The notes beneath the pieces are model-generated. The model made no database searches, was not told where the DNA came from, and was given only the letters and a program-made list of their open reading frames with translations. Position numbers and translations under genes: made by a program. Shown in pieces: positions 10,356 through 19,810 of a DNA stretch of 64,000 nucleotides (position 1 is the first letter of the stretch; the number at the start of each line of letters is the position of its first letter). Source of the DNA: an uncultured Candidatus Saccharibacteria bacterium (GTDB lineage: Bacteria > Patescibacteriota > Minisyncoccia > Phycocordibacterales > Phycocordibacteraceae); NCBI GenBank assembly GCA_964391975.1, contig CAYMNZ010000001.1, positions 326,978 to 390,977 on the forward strand, given 5' to 3'.

Positions 10356-10380
10356 AAGACCCTTGTTTGGGGTCTTTTTT
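10356..10380 (+). terminator. Rho-independent terminator after tRNA-Tyr
   Basis: aagaccc/ttgttt/gggtctt hairpin followed by tttttt. Confidence 0.6.
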
Positions 10381-10399
10381 GTAATGTTAGAATGCCTCA

Positions 10400-10723
10400 A
10401 TGGACTGCATATTCTGCAAGATTGTGAGCGGTGAGATTCCAGCCTCCAAAACATATGAGGATGGGAAGGTGATTGCCTTTGCGGACATTCACCCCAAGGC
10501 TCCTGGACACACGCTTCTCATTCCTCGCGACCACTACCAGTGGTTTTACGAGCTCCCAGACGACCTTTCCGACCATCTCTTCCGAGTTGCCAAGAAACTT
10601 GCGCGCGAACTCAAGGAGAAGCACGACGCCAAACTCGTGAAGCTCTCCATCGTAGGGGATGAAGTCCCGCATACCCACGTGCATCTCATACCCTTTGCCG
10701 AGAGCGCTAGGGCTGAGATTTGA
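10400..10723 (+). CDS. HIT-family (Hint-like) nucleotide hydrolase
   Basis: Histidine triad HTHVHLIP at the C-terminus, N-terminal CxxC, 107 aa. Confidence 0.85.
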   Translation: MDCIFCKIVSGEIPASKTYEDGKVIAFADIHPKAPGHTLLIPRDHYQWFYELPDDLSDHLFRVAKKLARELKEKHDAKLVKLSIVGDEVPHTHVHLIPFAESARAEI

Positions 10724-10749
10724 GTCAAAATCCCTGGTATAGTTCCTCC

Positions 10750-11685
10750 ATGAAGAAGCGACTTTTGACTGGACTCCAGCCCTCTGGCGACCTCCACATA
10801 GGCAACTACCTTGGAGCGCTCAAGCCGTACGCGGATATGTACAGTGAGTATGAGAGCTTTCTCATGGTTGTGGACTACCATGCGCTCACCTCGCTTCGGG
10901 ATGCTGATGCGCTTCGCAAGAACACACGGGAAGTAGTGCGCGACTATATTGCGGCGGGTGTTGACCCGAAGGAAGTGGTTATCTTCAAGCAGTCTGATGT
11001 TCCAGCACATACGGAGCTCACTTGGATTTTTGATTGTTTAGTTACCGTTAAGTTCCTCGAGCTCGGACACGCCTACAAGGACAAGGTGGCTAAGGGTCTT
11101 GAGGCAAACGCAGGTCTCTTTACGTACCCAATGCTCATGGCTGCAGACATCCTTCTCTACGACACCGATGTCGTCCCAGTAGGAGAGGACCAGCGTCAAC
11201 ACCTTGAGTATGCGCGCGAGGCTGCAGCAAAGTTCAACAACGCGTACGAGAAGGTGTTCAAGGAGCCTAAAGAGATGATTCTTCCAAACGTTGGAGTGAT
11301 TCCAGGAACTGACGGCAGGAAGATGAGCAAGAGCTATAGCAACACCATCCCACTCTTCGGTTCCAAGGACGAAATTGCTAAGGCGGTTATGAGCATCGTG
11401 ACCGATTCCTCTAAGGACAAGCCAGAGAACGTCTACGCCATTCACAAACTCATCAAGAGCGAGAGCGAGCTCGATGCGTTCTATAAGGAACACAAAGGCA
11501 AATACAAAGCGCTTAAGGAAGGACTTATTGCTGACCTTGATGCGTACATCGCTCCTATGCGCGAGAAGCGTGCATCCATCTCAGACGCCGATGTAACGAA
11601 GGTGCTTCTTGAGGGAGGAGAGAAGGCGAGGGAAGTGAGCGAGGCTAAGATGGCCGTTGTGCGCAAAGCCATAGGCGTTAGATAG
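10750..11685 (+). CDS. trpS: Tryptophan--tRNA ligase
   Basis: N-terminus MKKRLLTGLQPSG matches the TrpRS consensus (M..K..FSGIQPSG); the ORF-table alternative start 10720 overlaps the HIT stop. HIGH-like GDLHIGNYLG, KMSKS. About 311 aa. Confidence 0.9.
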   Translation: MKKRLLTGLQPSGDLHIGNYLGALKPYADMYSEYESFLMVVDYHALTSLRDADALRKNTREVVRDYIAAGVDPKEVVIFKQSDVPAHTELTWIFDCLVTVKFLELGHAYKDKVAKGLEANAGLFTYPMLMAADILLYDTDVVPVGEDQRQHLEYAREAAAKFNNAYEKVFKEPKEMILPNVGVIPGTDGRKMSKSYSNTIPLFGSKDEIAKAVMSIVTDSSKDKPENVYAIHKLIKSESELDAFYKEHKGKYKALKEGLIADLDAYIAPMREKRASISDADVTKVLLEGGEKAREVSEAKMAVVRKAIGVR

Positions 11686-11686
11686 C

Positions 11687-12235
11687 ATGCTGACGGTTGT
11701 TACCAGCAGTGCAGACAAGACGCGAGAAATCGCACGCATCCTTGATGCGGAAGTTACGAATGTTGCGCTTGATTTGCCAGAGATACAGTCACTCAGCTAC
11801 GAGGAGGTAGTAGAGGCGAAGGCGCGCGAAGCCTATAGCCGACTCCAGGTTCCTCTTATCGTCGATGATGCTGGCTTCAGTCTCGAAGGATTGAATGGAT
11901 TCCCGGGACCACTCACAAAGTGGCTCTGGCAGGCAGTTGGATGGGAAGGCGTATGCCGCATTGCTGACTCACTCCCGAACCGCAATGCGTCGGTGACGGT
12001 TGCTATCGGTTACTTTGATGGAACTGAGTTCAAGTCCTTCATTGGGGAAGCGAAGGGAACAATGGCTGAACATGCTCGCGGAGAGAACGGCTTCGGTCAT
12101 GACGTTATTTTTGTACACGAGGGTGATTCCCGCACCCGGGCAGAGCTTTCTATCGAGGAGCAGGACGCCCGGCCAATCCGCAGAATGGCCCTTGAGGGAC
12201 TTAAGGCGTATCTCGGAGAACGTGGTAATTTATAG
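11687..12235 (+). CDS. rdgB: Non-canonical purine NTP pyrophosphatase (RdgB/HAM1 family)
   Basis: 182 aa; HAM1-like motifs (VVTSSADK..., GFGHD). Confidence 0.75.
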   Translation: MLTVVTSSADKTREIARILDAEVTNVALDLPEIQSLSYEEVVEAKAREAYSRLQVPLIVDDAGFSLEGLNGFPGPLTKWLWQAVGWEGVCRIADSLPNRNASVTVAIGYFDGTEFKSFIGEAKGTMAEHARGENGFGHDVIFVHEGDSRTRAELSIEEQDARPIRRMALEGLKAYLGERGNL

Positions 12236-12240
12236 GGATT

Positions 12241-13551
12241 ATGGAGCGGGTACTCATAGGTGACCTCGGAAGTCATGTAGGCGAGACAGTCCAGATTGCC
12301 GGCTGGATAGACGTCCGCCGCGACCAAGGCAAGATGGTCTTCTTTGATTTCCGCGACCGCAGTGGATTCGTGCAGGGCGTCGTACTTCCAAAGAGCGAGG
12401 CACTCGAAGCAGCTAAAGAAACCCGCCATGAATATGTAGTGGCGGTCACGGGCATTGTGAATAAGCGTCCAGAGAAGAATGCACAGGCAGGAAAACAGAA
12501 CGGAGACATCGAGCTTGAGATTACGGGTATCGAGGTACTCGCCAAGGCGCAGGAGCTTCCATTTGAGAAAGACACCGAGCTCAACATTGATACGCGCTTT
12601 GATTACCGCCCGTTCACGCTCCGGAGCGAACGAGACCGTGACATCTTCTCTATGCAGGCAACCATTGTTGCTGAGTACCGTGCGTCTCTTGCACGCCAGG
12701 GCTTCATGGACTTCCAGGCCCCAGCACTCGTCGGTGGAGATGCCGAAGGAGGTTCTGCCGTCTTCAAAGTGCAGTACTTCAAAGACCAGACGGCCTATCT
12801 TGCAACCAGCCCACAGCTCTACAAGCAGATAATGGTGGGAGCATTTGAACGCGCCTACACCATTGCAAAGATTTTCCGTGCTGAAAAGAGCGCAACGACC
12901 CGCCATCTTTCTGAGCTCACTCAGATGGACTTCGAGATGGGATTCATCAAGGATGAGCGCGACGTCATGGCAGTGCTCGAAACCGTCGTTCGTGATGTCG
13001 TGAATGTTGTTGCAACCAAACATGCAGCTACCTTTGAGCGAATGAAGGTCGCGGTGCCCTCGCTTGGGGAGAAGTTTCCAATACTTACCCTTGAGGAAGC
13101 ACACAAGCAGCTTGGCGTACCTGCTGAGGACGACATGACGCCTGAGCACGAGCGCAATATTTGTGAGTGGGCCCTCAAGGAGCACGGGAGCGATTTCGTA
13201 TTTATCACACGCTTCCCGACAGAGGCACGTGCCTTCTACACGATGTCTGCTGAAGGCAAGCTTTCTAAGGGCTTTGACCTTCTCTTCCGTGGTCTTGAGA
13301 TAAACTCCGGTGCACAGCGTATCCACGATTACGATGAGATGATTGCCCGCATCAAAGAGCGCGGCATGGACCCAGAGAAGTTCTCCTTCTACCTTCAGGC
13401 CTTCAAGTACGGTCTGCCGCCACACGGAGGCTGCTCGACTGGTCTTGAGCGCTTCACCATGAAGATGCTCGACCTCGAGAACGTAAAAGAGGCCTCTGCG
13501 TTCCCACGTGACATGAACCGCATCGACACGCTCCTCTCGAGGAACGATTAA
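12241..13551 (+). CDS. Aspartate/asparagine--tRNA ligase, archaeal-type class IIb (AspRS type 2 or AsnRS)
   Basis: N-terminal OB anticodon-binding fold; class II motif 2 (FRAEKSATTRHLSELTQMDFEM) and motif 3 (GGCSTGLERFTMKML); 436 aa. Confidence 0.85.
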   Translation: MERVLIGDLGSHVGETVQIAGWIDVRRDQGKMVFFDFRDRSGFVQGVVLPKSEALEAAKETRHEYVVAVTGIVNKRPEKNAQAGKQNGDIELEITGIEVLAKAQELPFEKDTELNIDTRFDYRPFTLRSERDRDIFSMQATIVAEYRASLARQGFMDFQAPALVGGDAEGGSAVFKVQYFKDQTAYLATSPQLYKQIMVGAFERAYTIAKIFRAEKSATTRHLSELTQMDFEMGFIKDERDVMAVLETVVRDVVNVVATKHAATFERMKVAVPSLGEKFPILTLEEAHKQLGVPAEDDMTPEHERNICEWALKEHGSDFVFITRFPTEARAFYTMSAEGKLSKGFDLLFRGLEINSGAQRIHDYDEMIARIKERGMDPEKFSFYLQAFKYGLPPHGGCSTGLERFTMKMLDLENVKEASAFPRDMNRIDTLLSRND

Positions 13552-13568
13552 TAGCTAGATATACTTCT

Positions 13569-14531
13569 ATGATGAAACTCCAGGAAATGTACGAGCTCGC
13601 AGTCCAAGTCGGTATCGATGCTGACCCACGCGGACGTAAGGGCATCGAGAAATATCTCACACGTCGTCAAACTGAATACGACAACCTTTCCAAACACAAG
13701 CAGGACGAGTTCGACATCGAAAGCCTGAAGCATCCCTACGCTGATTCCCGCATTCTCACCGGGAAGGCTGACATGGAGGTTGATAAGGTCATGGCCGGTA
13801 TCGACATCACCGCTTCTGAGGTAGTGCTTGCTGAAATGCTCAACCAAAAGGGAGCGGGTATTGATGTTCTCATTGCGCACCACCCCATTGGAGCTCCGTA
13901 TGCAGCACTTCACGAAGTGATGGATATGCAGGCAGACAATATGGTGCGTTATGGCGTGCCGGTTAACGTTGCTGAAGGCGTCATGCGCGACCGTATCAAC
14001 GAGGTGGCTCGCAAAATGAGTCCTCGTAACCACAATCAGCCAATTGATGCGGCTCGTCTCCTCGACCTTGCGGTTATGTGTACCCACACCATCACTGACA
14101 ACCTCGTCTTTGATTTCCTTGAGAAGCTCTTTACGGACAAGAGTGCTGAGACCGTGGACGACGTTCTCAAGATTCTCAAGGAGATTCCTGAGTACCAGGA
14201 AGCTATGAAAGGGAAGGCAGGGCCTATGCTCTTTGCAGGCGCTGAGCAGAATCGTGCAGGAAAGATTGCACCGCTTGAAATCACCGGTGGCACCGAAGGC
14301 TCACACATCGCGTACGAGAAACTCTCACAAGCTGGCGTCGGTACGATTATTGCCATGCATGCCTCTGAGGAACACCGTGCAGAGGCCCAGAAGCACCACA
14401 TGAACCTCGTTATTGCAGGCCACATGAGCTCAGACTCTATTGGTATGAACCTTCTCCTCGACCAGTACGAGGCCAAGGGTGTCGAAATTGTTCCGTGCTC
14501 CGGCCTCATTCGCGTGAGCCGTAACAAGTAA
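13569..14531 (+). CDS. Nif3-family dinuclear metal-centre protein (YqfO/YbgI-like)
   Basis: HHP motif (VLIAHHPIG) and C-terminal GH..S motif (AGHMSSDS) characteristic of Nif3; 320 aa. Confidence 0.55.
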   Translation: MMKLQEMYELAVQVGIDADPRGRKGIEKYLTRRQTEYDNLSKHKQDEFDIESLKHPYADSRILTGKADMEVDKVMAGIDITASEVVLAEMLNQKGAGIDVLIAHHPIGAPYAALHEVMDMQADNMVRYGVPVNVAEGVMRDRINEVARKMSPRNHNQPIDAARLLDLAVMCTHTITDNLVFDFLEKLFTDKSAETVDDVLKILKEIPEYQEAMKGKAGPMLFAGAEQNRAGKIAPLEITGGTEGSHIAYEKLSQAGVGTIIAMHASEEHRAEAQKHHMNLVIAGHMSSDSIGMNLLLDQYEAKGVEIVPCSGLIRVSRNK

Positions 14532-15271
14532 TGGAGCCAGTCACGGACCGCACTCCGTTCACCGTACGCACCCCCGCCTACGAGGGCCCGTTCGCCCTCG
14601 TCCTTGAACTCATAGAGAAGCGAAAGCTCCTCGTGAATGACCTGTCCCTTTCGCAGGTGACGGATGATTTTATAGCGCACGTTAAAGGACAGGCAGAGTT
14701 CCCGATGGAGGATGCAGCGGATTTCATACAGGTTGCCGCAACCTTGCTTCTGATTAAATCGAAGTCCCTCATCCCAGACCTTGAACTCACAGGAGAAGAG
14801 GAGGAGGATGTCGAAGATTTCAAACGCAGGCTCATCATGTATGAGAAGGCGAGAGAAGCCGCTCGTGAGCTTTCACGCATCTACGGCAGACAGGTGATGG
14901 TTCCGGCAGGAGAGCGGGCACCCGAAGTGATGTTCGCGCCAAGCAAGGATGCGACACTTCCTAACCTCGAGAAAGCACTTGCTGATGCGCTTACGGCTCT
15001 TGAAGAAGTAGAGAAGCTTCCAGAAGCGCGCGTGCGACCAATGGTCACGATTGAAGAGATGATGGAGCGCCTGCTTGACCGCGTTCAGAGTAAGCTCTCA
15101 CTCTCGTTCAAAGAGTTCTCAGGCAATACCAAAGAGAAGGTGGAGATTATCGTTTCCTTCTTGGCGCTTCTTGAACTGGTGAAGCAAGGGAACGTTGATG
15201 CTGAGCAAGGAGAACATTTCTCGGACATCCGGATTACGGACCTCACTACTGACGTACCGAAGTACGGCTAA
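14531..15271 (+). CDS. scpA: Segregation and condensation protein A
   Basis: N-terminal YEGPFALVLELIEKRKLLVNDLSLSQVTDDF matches the ScpA consensus; start overlaps the upstream stop by 1 nt; scpB follows. Confidence 0.8.
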   Translation: MEPVTDRTPFTVRTPAYEGPFALVLELIEKRKLLVNDLSLSQVTDDFIAHVKGQAEFPMEDAADFIQVAATLLLIKSKSLIPDLELTGEEEEDVEDFKRRLIMYEKAREAARELSRIYGRQVMVPAGERAPEVMFAPSKDATLPNLEKALADALTALEEVEKLPEARVRPMVTIEEMMERLLDRVQSKLSLSFKEFSGNTKEKVEIIVSFLALLELVKQGNVDAEQGEHFSDIRITDLTTDVPKYG

Positions 15272-16047
15272 AGAATCACAAAGAAGAATACGAGGGCAAG
15301 AAGGATGCGGTAGATACCGAATGGAATAAACGTGTACTTCCTGATGAAGTCCAGGAAGACCCTGATGACCACCATCGCAACGACGAAGGAAGTGATGAAG
15401 CCGATAGCCAGCAGCCAGAACTCATCCATCGTGAAAGAGTAGGAATTCTTGAGCATGTCATAGCCGGTTGCGGCAGCAATGGTAGGGACTGCAAGCAGGA
15501 AGGAGAACTCAACAACCGCGACGCGGGAGACGCCAACCAGAAGACCGCCGATAATAGAGGCGCCTGAGCGGGAGACACCCGGGATGATGGCAATTGACTG
15601 GGCGAGCCCTATCAAGAAGGCTTGGAGGTAGGTGATGTCCTTCACCGACTTATGAGCATCCTCCTTCTCCTTATGGAAGAGCTCGAGCGCAATGAGGATG
15701 ATGCCGCCGATGACAAAGGAAGCCAGGAGCACCTGCATGTTCTCAAAGAGGTAGTCCTTGATGAATTGGTAGAGCACGAAGCCGATGATTGCCGTCGGGA
15801 TGAAGGCAGCCGCAAGGCGCTTGAGCACTTGAATGTCGAGGAAGGAGCGCCAATAGAGGATGACGACCGCCACAATGGCACCGAGCTGTATGGCCACTTC
15901 GTAGGTCTTGAAAAAATCAGTGACGGGAATGCCAAGAAGGTGGCCGGTCAGTATTAAGTGGCCCGTTGAAGAGACCGGGAGGAACTCAGTAACACCCTCG
16001 ACGATGCCTAGAATGACGCTATCGAGCGGGGTCATGGTTGCCGCCAT
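15268..16047 (-). CDS. uppP: Undecaprenyl-diphosphatase (BacA/UppP)
   Basis: Signature EGVTEFLPVSSTGHL, polytopic membrane protein, 259 aa. Confidence 0.9.
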   Translation of the reverse strand: MAATMTPLDSVILGIVEGVTEFLPVSSTGHLILTGHLLGIPVTDFFKTYEVAIQLGAIVAVVILYWRSFLDIQVLKRLAAAFIPTAIIGFVLYQFIKDYLFENMQVLLASFVIGGIILIALELFHKEKEDAHKSVKDITYLQAFLIGLAQSIAIIPGVSRSGASIIGGLLVGVSRVAVVEFSFLLAVPTIAAATGYDMLKNSYSFTMDEFWLLAIGFITSFVVAMVVIRVFLDFIRKYTFIPFGIYRILLALVFFFVIL

Positions 16048-16107
16048 TATACATCCCCAGAATCGTGGTTTTACGGCGTCGTACGTGTGCGGTATCCTGA
16101 GTGCACT

Positions 16108-16668
16108 ATGGCCCTCTCTCTGGAATCCCAGCTTGAAGCTCTCCTCTTTGCAGGAGGGGAGCCGCTTCCAAAGAAACGGCTAGCGACGCTTCTCGGCGTA
16201 TCGGTAAGCGACCTCCAGACTGCGGCCGACCGTTTGCGCGAAACGCTTACTGATCGCGGCCTTGCCTTGATTGAAACAAAGGATGAGCTCGACTTGAGAA
16301 CCAGCCCTGAAGCCGCCGGACTCATGAAGAAGCTACGCGAGAGCGAACTGTCGCGTGACCTCGGAAAAGCAGGACTCGAGACCCTGGCTATCGTGCTCTA
16401 CAAGGACGGTGCGACTCGAGGCGACATTGATTGGGTGCGCGGCGTGAACTCTTCAACCGCGCTGCGTTCACTTCTTCTACGTGGACTTATACGCCGCACA
16501 GAAGATTCCACTGACCGTCGTCGTGCGTTCTATGAAGTGACGCCCGAAGCGCTCGCACATCTTTCTGCTGGGAAGGTGAGTGACTTGCCGCGCTACGAGG
16601 AATTTTCTGTAGCACTCACACGTGAAGCAGCAGCACAAACGACCGCAGAAACTCATGGAGACGAATAA
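16108..16668 (+). CDS. scpB: Segregation and condensation protein B
   Basis: LEALLFAGGEPL N-terminus and tandem winged-helix pattern; start moved to the ATG at 16108 (MALSLESQLEALLF). Confidence 0.8.
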   Translation: MALSLESQLEALLFAGGEPLPKKRLATLLGVSVSDLQTAADRLRETLTDRGLALIETKDELDLRTSPEAAGLMKKLRESELSRDLGKAGLETLAIVLYKDGATRGDIDWVRGVNSSTALRSLLLRGLIRRTEDSTDRRRAFYEVTPEALAHLSAGKVSDLPRYEEFSVALTREAAAQTTAETHGDE

Positions 16669-17608
16669 TTTCAAAGCAGCAATAGACAGCGACCAGTTGC
16701 GCGAACAGCGCGTCCGTACAGCTTTTTTGATTGCCATCGGACTTGCCGCGTTTGTTTCCTTTGTATTCTTTCTTTCACAGCATCCGTTTCCAGACCAAAT
16801 TGCCAAAGAACCGGAACCTGTTGTTTCTACAGTAGACACCTATAAGGACGTGGTGCTCACTGCCAAAGCGGCGATTGTCTTTGACCTTTCAAACGGTCAG
16901 ATGCTCTACGGCAAGAACGAGCAAGCACAGTTGCCGCTTGCTTCGCTCACGAAACTGCTTACGGTCTATGCGGCCGTCGATACGTTTGCTAACAACGATA
17001 CCATTATCATTTCCGCGGAAGCACTTGCGCAAGAAGGAGACACGGGACTTATTGCAGGCGAGCGCTTTACACTTTCTGAACTTGCCCGCTATGCGCTGGT
17101 TGCCTCCTCTAACGATGCGGCTGCTGCAATTTCTGAAGCGGCTGAGAACAAGCGTGCATATTCGGGTGCGACACTCCTCGCAAGCGCTGCTACTGCGGCA
17201 GGACTCACTCAGACCTATGCGGTCAACGGCACCGGACTTGATGAGAGTCTTACGGTCTCAGGAGGGTACGGATCTGCTCACGATGTTGCAGTGCTTTCAG
17301 GAGGGCTCCTTGCGAAAGCCCCAGAAATTGTTGAGGCCACCACCCATTCTTCCGTAACCGTGACCACGCTTGACGGAAGGACCCTGACCCAGAAGAACAC
17401 CAACCAAGAGGTGCCGGCCGTTCCTGGAGCACTTCTTTCAAAGACCGGGTATACGGACCTGGCAGGAGGGAACCTCGCAGTGGTGTTTGATGCAGGAATT
17501 AATCATCCCATTGCGATTGTGGTGCTCGGCTCAACCCGCGAAGGCCGCTTTACGGATGTCGACCGACTGCTTGATGCGACACTTGAGAAGTTCGCGACAA
17601 TGCCATGA
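16655..17608 (+). CDS. D-alanyl-D-alanine carboxypeptidase (low-MW PBP, S11 family)
   Basis: N-terminal TM anchor; SxxK (ASLTKLLT), SxN (VASSNDAA), KTG (SKTGYT). Start chosen at METNNF...; the ORF-table start 16622 overlaps scpB further. Confidence 0.75.
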   Translation: METNNFKAAIDSDQLREQRVRTAFLIAIGLAAFVSFVFFLSQHPFPDQIAKEPEPVVSTVDTYKDVVLTAKAAIVFDLSNGQMLYGKNEQAQLPLASLTKLLTVYAAVDTFANNDTIIISAEALAQEGDTGLIAGERFTLSELARYALVASSNDAAAAISEAAENKRAYSGATLLASAATAAGLTQTYAVNGTGLDESLTVSGGYGSAHDVAVLSGGLLAKAPEIVEATTHSSVTVTTLDGRTLTQKNTNQEVPAVPGALLSKTGYTDLAGGNLAVVFDAGINHPIAIVVLGSTREGRFTDVDRLLDATLEKFATMP

Positions 17609-18666
17609 TTTTCGACGCCGCACGAGTTCTCATCCCATTTGTTATCGCCTTCGTAATCGGCGTCTCCACTGCTCCGTTACTTACGCACTACCTTTTCCGG
17701 CACAAGGCTTGGAAGAAGCAGGGAGGGAAGGGTAGGGGTATGGGGGACAGCAGCGGCACGCCACTCTTTGATGACCTACACCGGGAACGGGAAGTCTCCA
17801 CCCCTCGCATGGGTGGCATTCTTATTTGGTCAGCGACACTTCTAACCGCTGCACTTCTGTGGATTCTGGCAGGACTTTTCGGCGAGCCCTGGGCACGCTT
17901 TGATTTCGTTGAGCGTGGTCAAACCTGGCTTCCAATCGTTGCGCTCATTGTGGGAGCCCTCGTTGGACTCTTCGACGACATACTTGAGGTGACGCGCAGC
18001 CGCGGTGGGCTGTCACTTCCATGGCGCCTTCTCATGGTGTCGGCTGTGGGACTGTTCGCTGGATGGTGGTTCTTTGCAAAACTCGGTGTGTCCGCAGTTG
18101 GAATTCCGTTCATTGGTCCATTTGAACTTGGCCTTCTGTTCATTCCGTTTTTTATCATTGTGATGCTCGCCATCTATGCCAGTGGCGTCATCGATGGCAT
18201 TGATGGACTTGCCGGTGGTGTCTTCGCCATTATCTTCATGACCTACGCCGGGATTGCCTTTGCACAGTCCCAGTTCGCACTCGCTGCATTCGCTGCGACG
18301 GTTGCAGGAGCTCTGTTTGCTTTCTTATGGTTTAACGTACCTCCCGCGCGATTTTATATGTCAGAGACGGGGAGTATGGCGCTCACGCTTGCCCTTACAG
18401 TGACTGCCTTTTCCACCGACGTGCTGGGAGAGGGAGTTGGTGTCGCGGTGCTGCCAATCATTGCGCTTCCACTTACCGTTACGGTTGCAACCAATGTGCT
18501 TCAGGTTCTGTGGAAAAAACTCTTCAAGCGGAAGCTGTTCCGCATTGCTCCCATTCACCATCACTTTGAAACAATGGGCTGGCCGCCCTACAAGGTTGCT
18601 ATGCGCTATTGGATTATTACCATCATCGCCGGCATCTTCGGACTTGCGGTAGCCCTCCTTAAGTAA
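17605..18666 (+). CDS. mraY: Phospho-N-acetylmuramoyl-pentapeptide transferase
   Basis: DD..D motif (GLFDDILEV), GIDGLAGG, PIHHHFE signature; 10 TM helices. Confidence 0.9.
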   Translation: MIFDAARVLIPFVIAFVIGVSTAPLLTHYLFRHKAWKKQGGKGRGMGDSSGTPLFDDLHREREVSTPRMGGILIWSATLLTAALLWILAGLFGEPWARFDFVERGQTWLPIVALIVGALVGLFDDILEVTRSRGGLSLPWRLLMVSAVGLFAGWWFFAKLGVSAVGIPFIGPFELGLLFIPFFIIVMLAIYASGVIDGIDGLAGGVFAIIFMTYAGIAFAQSQFALAAFAATVAGALFAFLWFNVPPARFYMSETGSMALTLALTVTAFSTDVLGEGVGVAVLPIIALPLTVTVATNVLQVLWKKLFKRKLFRIAPIHHHFETMGWPPYKVAMRYWIITIIAGIFGLAVALLK

Positions 18667-18667
18667 C

Positions 18668-19786
18668 ATGTCGTTCACCAAATCGAGCGTCTCAGGGGAT
18701 AGGGTATTCGCTCTCATCGTCCTTGTGCTCGTGGTTGGAGGACTGGCTGCCTTTTCTTCAGCTGCGCTCGGACTCCTCGCACGTCCTGATGGTTCTCCGT
18801 GGAAGCTCGCTCTGACTCAGCTGGTGCTTGGCCTTGCCCCTGGCGTCATTGCGCTCGTTACCATTCGCTTCGCATCTCCTGAGCTCATACGCAAGATGGT
18901 GCTCCCGTTCTTTATAGGGGCGCTCGTACTTACAGCCTGCGTCTTTATTCCTGGACTCGGTGTGACCATCAACGGCGCTACACGCTGGATTGATATTGGC
19001 TTCACGACTATTCAGCCATCTGAATTTCTGAAGATAACGACCGTGCTTATGCTCGCGTCGTATCTTGCGATGGCAAAGAACACGATTCGTGACTTCCGGC
19101 ACGGTTTGCTCCCATTTCTTGCGATTGTAGGCATTCCGTCGCTTCTTCTGCTTGCTCAACCTAATACTTCAACTGTGTTGGTCATTGGCGCGACTGCCGT
19201 TGCACTCTACTTCATTGCCGGAGCTCCCTGGAGGGATTTCGGAATTATTCTTGTGACGGCCATTGTCGGACTCGGCATCCTCGTCATGATGCGTCCGTAC
19301 CTTATGGAGCGCGTGCTCACCTTCATGGACCCAGCACGGGATCCGCTTGCAAGTGGCTACCAGATTCAGCAATCCTTAATTGCCATAGGGTCCGGTGAGT
19401 TACTTGGCCGAGGCTTTGGGCAGAGTGTGCAGAAATTCAATTACTTACCGGAGCCAGTGGGGGACTCCGTGTTTGCGGTCTTTGGGGAGGAGTTCGGGTT
19501 TGTGGGCACGGTGCTCGTCGTGCTTCTGTTCATGGCCTTTGCTGCACGTGGGCTCACCATTGCTGCAACGGCAAGCAACACTTTCGGGGCGTACGCGGCA
19601 ACTGGTCTTACGCTCATCATTACGTTCTCGGCGTTTCTAAATATAGGAGCGATGTTAAGCATATTCCCACTCACTGGGCTTCCGCTGCCGTTTGTCTCGC
19701 ATGGCGGTACGGCTCTTTTAGCGGCGCTCGCGTCGGTAGGAGTCATCCTTAACGTTGCAGCACACCGGACGAAACGCACGAAATAG
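18668..19786 (+). CDS. ftsW: SEDS-family peptidoglycan glycosyltransferase FtsW/RodA
   Basis: 372 aa polytopic membrane protein with the SEDS pattern, located between mraY and murG. Confidence 0.8.
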   Translation: MSFTKSSVSGDRVFALIVLVLVVGGLAAFSSAALGLLARPDGSPWKLALTQLVLGLAPGVIALVTIRFASPELIRKMVLPFFIGALVLTACVFIPGLGVTINGATRWIDIGFTTIQPSEFLKITTVLMLASYLAMAKNTIRDFRHGLLPFLAIVGIPSLLLLAQPNTSTVLVIGATAVALYFIAGAPWRDFGIILVTAIVGLGILVMMRPYLMERVLTFMDPARDPLASGYQIQQSLIAIGSGELLGRGFGQSVQKFNYLPEPVGDSVFAVFGEEFGFVGTVLVVLLFMAFAARGLTIAATASNTFGAYAATGLTLIITFSAFLNIGAMLSIFPLTGLPLPFVSHGGTALLAALASVGVILNVAAHRTKRTK

Positions 19787-19810
19787 GGGTGGTATGCTAT
19801 TTTTTAACGT

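Noticed and set aside
12097-13425. 442-aa ORF on the minus strand covering almost the whole Asp/AsnRS gene
   Set aside because: The plus-strand frame carries unambiguous class II aaRS motifs. The antisense frame has no motif, no RBS or operon context, and Leu/Arg/Cys-rich composition typical of stop-free antisense frames in GC-rich coding DNA. Long antisense ORFs opposite dnaK and aaRS genes are a known artefact.
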